Shown in pieces: positions 29,278-38,777 of a stretch of DNA of 64,000 nt. How positions within the stretch are numbered: position 1 is the stretch's first letter; every line of letters begins with the position of its first letter. The translations under genes and the position numbers were made by a program. The stretch is from Minisyncoccota bacterium (GTDB lineage Bacteria; Patescibacteriota; Minisyncoccia; Phycocordibacterales; Phycocordibacteraceae): contig DASPLI010000001.1 of the NCBI GenBank assembly GCA_035627655.1, forward strand, positions 195,355 through 259,354, written 5' to 3'. Under the pieces are notes generated by a model. That model searched no databases. It saw nothing but the letters and a program-made list of their open reading frames with translations, and was not told the origin of the DNA.

Positions 29278-30738
29278 TTATGGAAGGAGAATCAGTGAGG
29301 CATCAACGGTTGTGCCAGGAAGCAGCTCGTATGGCATGAGTGGATCCGGTGCAACGATAGTGTATCCCGGAGCTGTGAGCGTATAGGAATCCCATTCAAG
29401 CGATAGCGTTGTTGAGGCGGTTGAGCCGCTTGAGGTTGCGACAATCGTTTTATAGATCGGCGCGCCCGCGCCAGTTGAACCGATGGTCTTGCCGCCCGTT
29501 AGCGTAAAGGAAACGTTTGGTAGCGGAACAGGGCCGCGGTCGTAGCCAACTTCCCAAGCAGAAAGCGAGGGTGAAACAAGCGGATTGCCAGTCGTGAGCT
29601 GCGCGTATAGGCGAAGCGAAGGATACGTTGTCGTTGAAACACTCGAAAGATCAATCGTATCGGTAAAGCCAGCGCTGTTGCCAGGAAGAACAGTGTCCGG
29701 GAGCGGCATGCCGCTGCTATCGAGAACCGAGAGCGAAAGAGACGTACTTTCTGGAACCGCTGCAGTACTGCTTGCGCTCGTCCACGACGCAAGATAGGTC
29801 GGCGCCACCAGTATGCTGGTTGCACTTCCCGATCCGACATACCCGCTCTCGTTTGTAGCAAGCCGCAGTTCCCCACCCGAGACCTGGGCGTTGGTACTGC
29901 TGTCTATACTCGACGAATCATCAAGCGGGTCGCTCCAGAGCGCCGAAGCGATAGGCGAAAAAGTGCGGAGAATAAGCGTCGAGAGAGCATCAATCGCAAA
30001 CGTGCTGGAAGTTGTGAGGCCGCCGACGACCGTGAGATAGCCTGGAGTCGGATTTTGGTTGGTTGCGTCTCGAACATACGTCTGTGCAGAGGAATACCCT
30101 TCCTTAGTTACTTCAATACGATAATCGGTGGAGGTAGGCGCACCAGGAAGTGATACGTAACCAAGCGCGTCAGTAAAGGTGGTGAAGTCAATCGTTGGGC
30201 TTGTCGCGGTGTTTTGTATGCGTACGTCAGCGCCTGCAACCGGAGCACCAACCGCGTTTACGGCGCGTATCTGAAGCGTACCGCCACCGGTGGTCGACTC
30301 GATGCCGGGCGGGGCGACGGTCGTTGCGAGCGTGACGTCCCGCGATACCCCGTCCATCACGTAGGTCACCACCACCTTGACCCGCTTATAGTCAGTAGGA
30401 ATCCCGTTCGTATCGGAGACACCGGAACCGTCGTGCGGGTCATCGGCGTAAGCAATATAGGTACGAACCGCGTAAGAAACTCCCGCACTCGTCGTGGTTG
30501 CCTGTTGCGGTATAAGGCCTGCGGGAATACCGCCCACGGTTCCGACCTCGGCATACTCAAGCGAGCGAATGTATTCCATCTGGGAGCTTGCGACATCAGT
30601 CGCAGTCGCTTTCAGTTTCGCGAGCCCTGATACTTCGATCGAAGCCCGAAGGAGAGAAAATAAGCCAGTGAAAATAATAAGTACAAGCGCGGATCCGACG
30701 ACCACGTCTACCATCGACACTCCACGCAAAGGACGCAT
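29278..30738 (-). CDS. Prepilin-like protein with carboxypeptidase-regulatory-like Ig domain
   Basis: RG/VSMVDVVV prepilin-like N-terminus; PVAGADVRI..TDALG..YRIEVTKEGY. Start ATG 30738, 6 nt after TATCAT. Confidence 0.78.
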   Translation of the reverse strand: MRPLRGVSMVDVVVGSALVLIIFTGLFSLLRASIEVSGLAKLKATATDVASSQMEYIRSLEYAEVGTVGGIPAGLIPQQATTTSAGVSYAVRTYIAYADDPHDGSGVSDTNGIPTDYKRVKVVVTYVMDGVSRDVTLATTVAPPGIESTTGGGTLQIRAVNAVGAPVAGADVRIQNTATSPTIDFTTFTDALGYVSLPGAPTSTDYRIEVTKEGYSSAQTYVRDATNQNPTPGYLTVVGGLTTSSTFAIDALSTLILRTFSPIASALWSDPLDDSSSIDSSTNAQVSGGELRLATNESGYVGSGSATSILVAPTYLASWTSASSTAAVPESTSLSLSVLDSSGMPLPDTVLPGNSAGFTDTIDLSSVSTTTYPSLRLYAQLTTGNPLVSPSLSAWEVGYDRGPVPLPNVSFTLTGGKTIGSTGAGAPIYKTIVATSSGSTASTTLSLEWDSYTLTAPGYTIVAPDPLMPYELLPGTTVDASLILLP

Positions 30739-30764
30739 GTGTCTATGATAACGCACGCCGTTGG

Positions 30765-31979
30765 CTAAATGCTTGAAGAGAGGGAGTAGATTGGCGAGAT
30801 CATGGAGATAGCGAACACGCCGACGAATGCGCCGATGATAAGCATGAGCATTGGCTCAATGACTGTTGAAAGATCCTTGGTTCCTTCCTCTACGTCTGTT
30901 TCGTAGTACTCGGCCACCTGTCCGAGCATGCCGGCCACCTGCCCCGTCTCTTCTCCCACGGCGATCATGTCGCCGACGAATACCGGATACAGCTTCGGGT
31001 GTTCGATGAATGCCGTTGATAGCGGCTCGCCTTTTTTCACGCGCACGCCTGCCTCCTGGACTACCTTGCCGAAGCGATTGTCTCCGACCACTTCTTCCGC
31101 AATAGCGATAGCGCTCAGCATTTCAACACCGGAAGACAGGAGCGAAGAAAGTGCGCGTGCAGCGCGTGCGCTGTACGTTTCTCGTACCAGGGTGCCGATG
31201 ACTGGGATGCGAAGCGCAACCGCAAGCACAATATTGCTCCCTACCTTAGAGCGCATAAATGCGATGATTGCGGCGACGGCAAGTATGAGAATCACGAACA
31301 CCAAAATCACATGGGAGGCCATAAAGTCCGAAATGTTTATGATCGTCTGCGTTGCTGTTGGAAGCGGCACCTGCAGATCCTTAAAGGTGGCGGCAAGCGT
31401 CGGAACGACGTAGATCATCATGAGAATGCCGATTACTACGACGGCAAACAGAATGATCGATGGGTAGATCATGGCGCCACGAATCTTCTTCTGCAGCGTA
31501 AAGGAGCGGTCCATCTGACGCGCAACCACGCGAAGCGCTTCGGCGAGCGTGCCGGACTCCTCGCCCGCTTTGGTCATAGCAATAAAGAGGCGCGAAAAGA
31601 CATTCTTATGAGCAGCAAGCGCTTCGCTAAATGCGTCCCCCTTCTTTACACGTGCTTCAAGGTCGGCGGTGACTTTCTTGAGTGCTTTATTAGTCGACTG
31701 TCGCTCGATCACAGAAAGCGCACGCGAGAGCGTGAGGCCTGCAGTGAGCATAGCCGCCAGGTTTTTGGTAAAGGTAATGCGTTCTTCCGTCTTGATGCCT
31801 GACGTAATGCTGATGTTGAGCAGGTTTGCAAACGGCAGTCCTCCCCCACCCTCTTCGATCGCGACCACAGTCGCGCTCTCCTTCTCAATCTCACTGTAGA
31901 TGGCAAAGCGTGAAGGAGCTTCCATCACGCGCTTTTCAACAGAACCGTCCTCTTTCTTGAGGGTGACGCGGAACTTCAT
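30765..31979 (-). CDS. pilC: Type IV pilus platform protein PilC (T2SS F family)
   Basis: FTKNLAAMLTAG, AGEESGTL, AMIYP, VGEETG, IEP. Confidence 0.93.
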   Translation of the reverse strand: MKFRVTLKKEDGSVEKRVMEAPSRFAIYSEIEKESATVVAIEEGGGGLPFANLLNISITSGIKTEERITFTKNLAAMLTAGLTLSRALSVIERQSTNKALKKVTADLEARVKKGDAFSEALAAHKNVFSRLFIAMTKAGEESGTLAEALRVVARQMDRSFTLQKKIRGAMIYPSIILFAVVVIGILMMIYVVPTLAATFKDLQVPLPTATQTIINISDFMASHVILVFVILILAVAAIIAFMRSKVGSNIVLAVALRIPVIGTLVRETYSARAARALSSLLSSGVEMLSAIAIAEEVVGDNRFGKVVQEAGVRVKKGEPLSTAFIEHPKLYPVFVGDMIAVGEETGQVAGMLGQVAEYYETDVEEGTKDLSTVIEPMLMLIIGAFVGVFAISMISPIYSLSSSI

Positions 31980-32036
31980 TTAATAGAAATACTAGCACGT
32001 GCGTGCTAGAGTCCGACGTAGAGAAAGGAGTGATTC

Positions 32037-32324
32037 ATGCTCACTAAGGATCGGTTACGGATTGATGATCCGGCAGCCTATAATCCGCGAAGGACTTGGT
32101 ACCGGTATCTGGTGACGTTTGACTTCACTGGTGATCGGCGCCCCTCGAAGTGGCTCGTTCGACTTCATAGCGGCTCGATTACGCTTGAGCGGTCGGCGAA
32201 AATCTCGCGGCCGGAAGACCTCGAACAGATCGCGCATGCGATAACCGAGCACTTTAAGAAGAAGGGCTTTCGATGGAATAATGCTCATCTCTTCATAAGC
32301 GCCTTCAGCCGCTTCGAAGACTGA
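32037..32324 (+). CDS. Hypothetical protein (SD-led accessory gene)
   Basis: 95 aa ORF with AAAGGAG SD. Confidence 0.55.
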   Translation: MLTKDRLRIDDPAAYNPRRTWYRYLVTFDFTGDRRPSKWLVRLHSGSITLERSAKISRPEDLEQIAHAITEHFKKKGFRWNNAHLFISAFSRFED

Positions 32325-32462
32325 CTACATGCGCGCATCCAACGGGTGCGCGCATTCGTATTGACAAAAATAGCATTATGTGGCAGTCTATCCGATGGAT
32401 TATTGGGGACTCTATATCCCTTATAAGTCCATTTGTACCTCAACAACTGAGAGGAAATAGTA

Positions 32463-33341
32463 ATGGATAGCTCATCGCTTGGTGGCTTGGGCGGAAACCT
32501 TGCGTCGCTGGGAAGTCTCCTGGTGGCACTCGGCCCGTTCCTGCTCATCGCCATCGCCGCGCTTTTGGTTTCCGACGGCCTGCTCTCCCTCCGGGAGCGC
32601 GCGAGCCTGAAGAACGAAGTGCTGAAGGGCAACAACGCGATCGGTCTGCGCCGCCTCGGCCTCTTCTTGGGCCTCATGATCGGCTTCTCCGGTGTCATCA
32701 CCGGCGAAGGCACCGGTCAACTTTCGATCGACCTCGTGAACACGGCCATCTACGCCGCAGTGCTTGTCGCGCTGCTGCAGGTCGCGTTCTGGGTCAACGA
32801 CGTGCTCATCCTGCCCAAGGTGGCCAACTCAGCGGCGGTGCTTCAAGGCAACGCCGCGGTGGCAACCACCGAACTCGGCAGCATGGTCGCGACGGGTCTC
32901 ATCGCCAAGGCGGCGATCGAAGGCGGGAACGGCGGGGTCCTCCCCGTGCTCGTGTTCTTCGCTCTCGGCCAGATCGCGCTCGTCGTCATGACGAAGCTCT
33001 TCTCGGCAATCCATGCGAAAACGCGCTTGGTGTCCGAAATTGAATCGGGCAACCAGGCGGCGGCGATCGTCGTCGGCGCGAAACTGTGGGCCTACGGGCT
33101 CATCATGGCGACCGCGGCGGGCGGTGCGTTCAGCGGCTGGGGGGGCGACCTCCTTGCGTTCGGTCTGACCGCGCTTCTCGGCGTGATCTTCCTGTTCATC
33201 TCAAGCTGGGTGGTGGATTTCCTCCTCATCCGGTGGCACACGTTGCATGAGATCGTGACAGCGAAGAGCACCCCCTCGGCGCTCGTGTTCGCCGGCGGCC
33301 AGATCGGCTTGGCGTACGCCATCGCGACCTTGATCGTCTAA
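32463..33341 (+). CDS. DUF350 (YjfL-like) membrane protein with duplicated domains
   Basis: Repeated GN.A motifs (EVLKGNNAIG, VLQGNAAVA, EIESGNQAAA) between TM pairs; GAGAGG SD; TTGACA at 32361. Confidence 0.75.
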   Translation: MDSSSLGGLGGNLASLGSLLVALGPFLLIAIAALLVSDGLLSLRERASLKNEVLKGNNAIGLRRLGLFLGLMIGFSGVITGEGTGQLSIDLVNTAIYAAVLVALLQVAFWVNDVLILPKVANSAAVLQGNAAVATTELGSMVATGLIAKAAIEGGNGGVLPVLVFFALGQIALVVMTKLFSAIHAKTRLVSEIESGNQAAAIVVGAKLWAYGLIMATAAGGAFSGWGGDLLAFGLTALLGVIFLFISSWVVDFLLIRWHTLHEIVTAKSTPSALVFAGGQIGLAYAIATLIV

Positions 33342-33359
33342 CGGCACTCACCTGCCATC

Positions 33360-33391
33360 AACGCCCCGGGACTTCGGTTCCGGGGCGTTTT
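33360..33391 (+). terminator. Intrinsic terminator
   Basis: AACGCCCCGGGAC-TTCG-GTTCCGGGGCGTTTT. Confidence 0.8.
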
Positions 33392-33397
33392 GCATAG

Positions 33398-33426
33398 TTG
33401 ACTTTTCGACCGATACATGCTATACT
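33398..33426 (+). promoter_or_regulatory. Sigma70-type promoter
   Basis: TTGACT-17 nt-TATACT with extended -10 TG. Confidence 0.75.
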
Positions 33427-33493
33427 GTCCAAAGCCCAGTCTACCGGGCGTTGTGGCAGTTTGTGCTGCTACGCAACAGAAGGAGAAAGCACC

Positions 33494-33898
33494 TTGAAAA
33501 GGGATTTTAGGTTGCAGCTCATGGGAGCTGTCGCTGTCGCGATTCTCGCATCTGCGTGTTCTGAACCGCAGCCTCGCGGCTTCGCAACTGATCAGCCGAC
33601 GCGTATGTGCGTTGATGATCGGGGCATGCGGCAGGATGAAAGTCGGTGCGCGACGCGTGCCGGCTACGTCAATCCCTACTACTGGTACTACGTCGGCCGC
33701 GGCGGCTACGTGCCGCCCGTCGGTTATGCGGTGCGCGGCGGCACACGTCAGCCGCTCGCCGCAACGAACTACCAATCCGCAGCTACGGCTGAACGCGCCG
33801 CGATCGCTCGCGGTGGCTTCGGCGCCAGTGCGTCGCGGAATACCACGGTGAGCCGCGGTGGCTTCGGCGGCTCGTCTCGCGCTTCGGCGGGAGGCTAA
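33494..33898 (+). CDS. DUF1190/YgiB-YjfM-like lipoprotein
   Basis: TTG start after AAGGAG; lipobox LASA-C; two further Cys; RGGFG repeated in the C-terminus; directly precedes the GSP synthase-like gene. Confidence 0.72.
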   Translation: MKRDFRLQLMGAVAVAILASACSEPQPRGFATDQPTRMCVDDRGMRQDESRCATRAGYVNPYYWYYVGRGGYVPPVGYAVRGGTRQPLAATNYQSAATAERAAIARGGFGASASRNTTVSRGGFGGSSRASAGG

Positions 33899-33901
33899 CC
33901 A

Positions 33902-35053
33902 ATGGAGCGCCTCTTGATCACACCGCGCGCCAACTGGCAGGAAAAGGTCGAACGACTCGGCCTGATCTGGCACACGGCGCAAGGACAACCCTACTGGAAC
34001 GAATCGGCCTACTATCGCTTCTCAGCGGAGCAGGTCGATGAAATCGAACGGGCGACGGAGGCGCTTTACCAGCTCTTCGTTGCTGCCGGTGATCGGATCG
34101 TCAATGACGACGATCTGCTCACTCGGCGCTTCGGGATCCCGAAGTTCGCTATTCCCCTGATCAAGCGTGCCTGGGATGAGGAGCCTCCGGCTCTGAATTT
34201 CGGCCGCTTCGATCTTGGGTACAACGGACGGAACCCGCCGAAACTGTTCGAATTCAACTGCGACACACCGACGTCTCTGTTTGAGGCGGCGGTGGTCCAG
34301 TGGGATTTCAAAGAGGACCGCTTCCCCGGCGATGACCAATTCACGAGCTTGCACGACAAGCTCGTGGACAAGTGGCGGGACGTCAAACCCCACTTGAAGT
34401 CGAACCTCGTGCACTTTGTGCACGTGGACGACGCCGCCGGCGAAGACACGCTCACGACGACCTACCATCGCGACTTGGCCCAACAAGCCGGGCTCGAGAC
34501 GGAAGGGCTCTTCATTGAGCAAGTCGGGTGGGACAAAAACCGGCGCCGGTTTGTCGACCTCTATGGTCGGCCGATCGATGTCCTGTTCCACCTCTATCCG
34601 TGGGAATGGTTGATTCACGACGACTTCGGCGAACACATCGTCGAATGCTACGACCAGATGCAGTGGATCGAACCGATCTGGAAGATGATGTGGTCGAACA
34701 AGGCCATATTGCCTATCCTGTGGGAAATGAACCCCGGGCATCCGAACCTGCTGCCGTCCTATTTCGACCGACCCGCGTCTGGCGATTACGTTGAAAAACC
34801 CATTCTCGCAAGAGAAGGGGCCAACGTGACTATCGTCAGCAACGGCGTCGAAGTCGCAAAGACCGACGGTGACTACGGCGAGGAAGGCTTCATCTATCAA
34901 CAGCTCTACAACCTGCCGGACTTCGATGGAAACTATCCCATCATCGGCAGCTGGGTGGTTGAAGGATGGGCTGCCGGTATGGGTATCCGCGAAGGCGGAC
35001 TCATCACCGGCAACACCGGACGCTTCGTCCCGCACGTGTTCACCCCTGCATAA
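33902..35053 (+). CDS. Glutathionylspermidine synthase family ATP-grasp ligase (YgiC/YjfC-like)
   Basis: YWNESAYY, GRFD, EFNCDTPTSLFE, LYPWEW, EPIWK..SNKAIL, KPILAREGANV, GIRE, FVPH. Confidence 0.92.
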   Translation: MERLLITPRANWQEKVERLGLIWHTAQGQPYWNESAYYRFSAEQVDEIERATEALYQLFVAAGDRIVNDDDLLTRRFGIPKFAIPLIKRAWDEEPPALNFGRFDLGYNGRNPPKLFEFNCDTPTSLFEAAVVQWDFKEDRFPGDDQFTSLHDKLVDKWRDVKPHLKSNLVHFVHVDDAAGEDTLTTTYHRDLAQQAGLETEGLFIEQVGWDKNRRRFVDLYGRPIDVLFHLYPWEWLIHDDFGEHIVECYDQMQWIEPIWKMMWSNKAILPILWEMNPGHPNLLPSYFDRPASGDYVEKPILAREGANVTIVSNGVEVAKTDGDYGEEGFIYQQLYNLPDFDGNYPIIGSWVVEGWAAGMGIREGGLITGNTGRFVPHVFTPA

Positions 35054-35066
35054 CCTAAACGACCTC

Positions 35067-35146
35067 AACGGCCTGGAGCGCAAGCTCCGGGCCGTTTTGT
35101 ATTTACTCAGGTATTAAAAAGAAAGACCGCGCCCGAAAGCGCGGTC
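35067..35146. terminator. Two back-to-back terminators between convergent genes
   Basis: Hairpins AACGGCCTGGAGC-GCAA-GCTCCGGGCCGTTTT and AAAGACCGCGC-ccgaaa-GCGCGGTC. Confidence 0.7.
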
Positions 35147-35167
35147 AGTCATTTGGTTTGAAGTGCG

Positions 35168-36283
35168 TTACGCCGCAACCGCGGCGTGGAGCTCTTGCTC
35201 CTCCTGGGGCGACAGATCATGCTCAGCGATATAGAGCAGACCGTCACCCGCAGATACCAGAGTCGTCGGCGGCGGGTTCAGTTTGGTAACGTCGCCGCGG
35301 CCGTTCTTCTGCGAGATGCCAAGCAAGATTGCCGTCCCGCCGAATCGACGATCGAAACATTGTTTGATGTCTTCGAACGACTTGGCTGGGGCGTTTTCCG
35401 GACGACGAAGCGAGAAGAATGAGTTCCCGCCCGGTTCCAGAAGTTCAACAATCGCCGACGCCGTTCCTGGGTCCGCCATTTCCCGCGTGGCCACCAGGGC
35501 CTGCATGGGAGTGATGATGCTCAGTTCGAGCGCGCAGTCCGGAACGAGCTCCGCACTTTCCTGCTCGCGCAGGAGAAGCACGACGCGCGCTGTTGGCCGG
35601 AACTGGCTCAGCAAGCAGATGATCCCGATTGCTCGGGCGTCTTCTACAGCCGAAACGTAGATTTGGCTGGCGCGGGTCGCGCCGGCGTCCTCGATCGTCT
35701 TGCGGTTGATGCCGCCTTCGGCTGCTTGGACGTACTCCGGGAGCACTCCGTGGTAATCGCTCGCCCGCGTGAACGGGTTGCGATCGCCAGTATTGGAGAA
35801 GCAACCGACAACCGTCGGCAGCGTATCCCAGTGGTCGTCTTGCCGTTCCTTGACCGCGTTTGCAATCAGCGCACGCGTTTGGAACGGATGATAGTCGCCG
35901 AGCACGAGGATGTGCCCGGTTGCATCAGTTGGCATGAGGCCCTTCCTCCGTTTTTCAATGAAATCAGTGACTGCTGCGATGACCTTGCCGAGTATGAGCG
36001 TAATGAGCCCGACACCGGTGGCCATGATGATGGGTGCGATCAGTCGCGCGGCGTCTGACTGCGGGGAGAGATCCCCATAGCCAATCGTCAGCGACGTCGT
36101 CCACCAGTAATACCAGTAGTTAGCTGGTTTGATCAGATTCGAGTCCGGCGCTTCCGTCAGTGCATAGACCCACCACGACAAGGCGTAGTGGAGCACCACC
36201 GCAAGCAGCAAGAATCGCCAATCGATAAGCAGCAGCTTCCTGACTTTTGCCAAACCAAGGAAAAGCCGGGACAAGATAGGCAC
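35168..36283 (-). CDS. Two-TM potassium channel with RCK-like domain
   Basis: Selectivity filter TTSLTIGYGD between two TM helices; GHILVLG Rossmann start; AAAGGAGG SD before GTG. Confidence 0.88.
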   Translation of the reverse strand: MPILSRLFLGLAKVRKLLLIDWRFLLLAVVLHYALSWWVYALTEAPDSNLIKPANYWYYWWTTSLTIGYGDLSPQSDAARLIAPIIMATGVGLITLILGKVIAAVTDFIEKRRKGLMPTDATGHILVLGDYHPFQTRALIANAVKERQDDHWDTLPTVVGCFSNTGDRNPFTRASDYHGVLPEYVQAAEGGINRKTIEDAGATRASQIYVSAVEDARAIGIICLLSQFRPTARVVLLLREQESAELVPDCALELSIITPMQALVATREMADPGTASAIVELLEPGGNSFFSLRRPENAPAKSFEDIKQCFDRRFGGTAILLGISQKNGRGDVTKLNPPPTTLVSAGDGLLYIAEHDLSPQEEQELHAAVAA

Positions 36284-36320
36284 GCAAACCTCCTTTCAGT
36301 TGGTACGTGAGTCCGGTACT

Positions 36321-36349
36321 ATTATACTATATATGAAGGTATAAGTCAA
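36321..36349 (-). promoter_or_regulatory. Sigma70-type promoter of the K+ channel gene
   Basis: Minus strand TTGACT-17 nt-TATAAT. Confidence 0.78.
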
Positions 36350-36352
36350 TGC

Positions 36353-38095
36353 TTATTCGCTCACCGCGCGTAGCACTTCTTCAAGCGAGGTCATACCCTT
36401 TGCCGCCTTATAAATACCGTCCTCAAGCATGGTGAGCATGCCCTCGTTTCGTGCCTGCTCTTCGATCTGTTCGGAGGTTGCGTTTTTCATAATGAGATCG
36501 CGCGTTGCTGAAGAGACAGACAAAATTTCGTGGATGCCGATACGGCTCTTGTATCCAGCGTCATTGTCACCGCCCTTGGGGCGATAAAACGGAATGTCAT
36601 CCAACTTTCCTTTGACCACCTTTTCGTCCGTGAGTGCCTTGAATGCAGCTTCAAAGTTTCTTGTCGGAGCAATCTTCTCTCGCTCCGTCTTTGAGAGTGT
36701 GTACGCCTCCTTTCCGTCAGTGAGTCGACGCACCAGGCGTTGTCCGACCACGATGCGAAGCGTAGACACAAGCAGGAATGGTTCGACGCCCATATCAATA
36801 AGACGCGGAATTGCGCCGGCGGCGGAGTTGGTATGGATGGTCGAGAGCACCAAGTGGCCGGTCAGTGCCGCATTGATTGCAAGTGATGCTGTTTCTCCGT
36901 CGCGAATTTCTCCCACCATGATGATGTCCGGGTCCTGACGCACAAGGGAGCGTAGTCCTGACGCGAAGGTAAAGCCGATGGTCGGATTTACCTGCGTCTG
37001 GTTGATGCGCTTCATCTGGTATTCGATCGGATCTTCAACAGTCGAGATGTTGACGTCCGGCGTATTCAAAATATCGAGAATGGTGTAGAGCGTGGTGGTC
37101 TTACCGGAGCCGGTCGGACCAGAGACAAGAATAAGACCAGTGGTTGCCTTCGTTGCTTTGTGGATGCGTTCCAGCCCCTCGCCGTGGAAGCCAAGCGCCT
37201 CGAGGGTGAAGCCTTCTCCGGTCTCGCGAAGCAGGCGCATGACGATCTTCTCGCCGAAATAGGTCGGCAGAAGCGATACGCGGAAAGACACCTTCTCCCC
37301 TTCCGTTTCCATCTTGAAGCGTCCGTCTTGCGGCAGACGCTTCTCGTCGAGCTTAAGGTTTGCGAGCACCTTGAGGCGCGCAGTAATACCCGGAGCTGCA
37401 ACCTTCGGCAAGGTCATTGCGTCATGGAGGATGCCGTCGATGCGGTAGCGCACAAGTACTTCTGCTTCTGCCGGCTCGATGTGAATGTCGGATGCGCCCT
37501 GCGTGATGGCGTGGCGAAGCAGAGTATCGACGATCTTTACGATCGGAAGATCTTCCGCCATCTTCTTGAGGTCTTCGCCGGACGTCTCGTCTCCCGTGTT
37601 TTCTTTTACCAACGACAGCTTCCCCGCTTCGGTACCGATAATGTCGCCGAATTCTTCTTTGAGGGATTTCTGATACTGCAAAAGCGCGTTCTTGATGGAC
37701 TCTTCGTCCGTCAGGCGCGGCATGATCTTGAGCCCGGTCTTCTTTCTGACCGAGTCGATGGATGGTAGGTCCTCCGTATCAAGCATGGCTACCTCAAGGC
37801 AGTCGCTACCGCGTCTGAAGGCAATGATGCTGTGCGTGCGTGCGATTGGTTCGGGAATAAGGGAGAGCACCTCAAGCGGGATCTTCTCGTCTTTGAGGTT
37901 CACAAATGGAATACCAAGCACGTATGCCTTGATGCGGCGGAGCGCATCTGGAGAAATAAGGCCCTGCGCAAGCAGCACGTCTCCGATGGACTGCTTCTTT
38001 TCCTGCGCTTCAACCTCTGCCGCTTCCACATCTTTGCGGGAGACGACGCCCGAGTCGAGGATGAATGCCTTCAAATCTTTCTCTGAGACTTTCAT
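36353..38095 (-). CDS. pilB: Type IV pilus assembly ATPase PilB (GspE/PulE family)
   Basis: ASDIHIEP, PQDGR, GPTGSGKTT, EDPIEY, RQDPDIIMVGEIRD, TGHLVLSTIH. Confidence 0.94.
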   Translation of the reverse strand: MKVSEKDLKAFILDSGVVSRKDVEAAEVEAQEKKQSIGDVLLAQGLISPDALRRIKAYVLGIPFVNLKDEKIPLEVLSLIPEPIARTHSIIAFRRGSDCLEVAMLDTEDLPSIDSVRKKTGLKIMPRLTDEESIKNALLQYQKSLKEEFGDIIGTEAGKLSLVKENTGDETSGEDLKKMAEDLPIVKIVDTLLRHAITQGASDIHIEPAEAEVLVRYRIDGILHDAMTLPKVAAPGITARLKVLANLKLDEKRLPQDGRFKMETEGEKVSFRVSLLPTYFGEKIVMRLLRETGEGFTLEALGFHGEGLERIHKATKATTGLILVSGPTGSGKTTTLYTILDILNTPDVNISTVEDPIEYQMKRINQTQVNPTIGFTFASGLRSLVRQDPDIIMVGEIRDGETASLAINAALTGHLVLSTIHTNSAAGAIPRLIDMGVEPFLLVSTLRIVVGQRLVRRLTDGKEAYTLSKTEREKIAPTRNFEAAFKALTDEKVVKGKLDDIPFYRPKGGDNDAGYKSRIGIHEILSVSSATRDLIMKNATSEQIEEQARNEGMLTMLEDGIYKAAKGMTSLEEVLRAVSE

Positions 38096-38146
38096 GACTT
38101 ACATAAGTATAACGCGCCGACACGAGTGTGTCGGCGCGTTTGGTGG

Positions 38147-38635
38147 CTAGCCAAGACCTATCTTTGCTTTGAGTGCGTCTCGAATAGCAAAGAGCAGTTC
38201 TTCTGGCGGCTCGTACTTCTCGTACGGCGCGTAGTTTTTCCCGAACCGGTAATCCGGGAATGCGCGACCGCCAAATTCAGGCGCGGCTTCGTAGCGCGGG
38301 ATCAGGTGCATATGTCCATGGCCGCGATGAAGGTGAAATTCATTTCCGAGCCAGGCATAGTTCACGAAGTCCGAGCCCCAGAGCGTCTTCACGGCAGCCG
38401 AGTAGCGAGCCATGAGATCTTGCAGTTTCTCTGACTCCTCGGTGTAGAGGTCTTCGAGTCGGTGAAAGTCTTCGTGCCGAGCCGCCAGCCACGCATAGGC
38501 TCGGCCGAGGTACCGTTGGTCAGCGGCAAGATACAGGCGCCAGGGCCCATACTCACAGATGACCAGGTGGCGAAACTTCGATGAGTCGAGCAGTTCTCGA
38601 TGCTCTTCCGGGGTCAGAGGTGCCAGTTTGACCAT
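38147..38635 (-). CDS. HIT family protein (SD-led)
   Basis: HGHMHLIPRY HIT motif; AAGGAAAGGA before ATG 38635. Confidence 0.8.
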   Translation of the reverse strand: MVKLAPLTPEEHRELLDSSKFRHLVICEYGPWRLYLAADQRYLGRAYAWLAARHEDFHRLEDLYTEESEKLQDLMARYSAAVKTLWGSDFVNYAWLGNEFHLHRGHGHMHLIPRYEAAPEFGGRAFPDYRFGKNYAPYEKYEPPEELLFAIRDALKAKIGLG

Positions 38636-38777
38636 GTCGGTCCTTTCCTTATATAGCTTCCGCAGCAACCTTACCCTCAGGGCTTCATTGACGCAACAGC
38701 CCTCCTATGGTACATTTTTGGTACCTGAAATGTCCGCACCCGCGGACCTTTCTTTTAGACAGACATACACAATCCAT

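Noticed and set aside
34022-35083. 353 aa minus-strand ORF, and similar long antisense ORFs over nusA, rny and the GHKL ATPase
   Set aside because: They lie opposite well-supported genes; expected from codon bias in GC-rich coding sequence.
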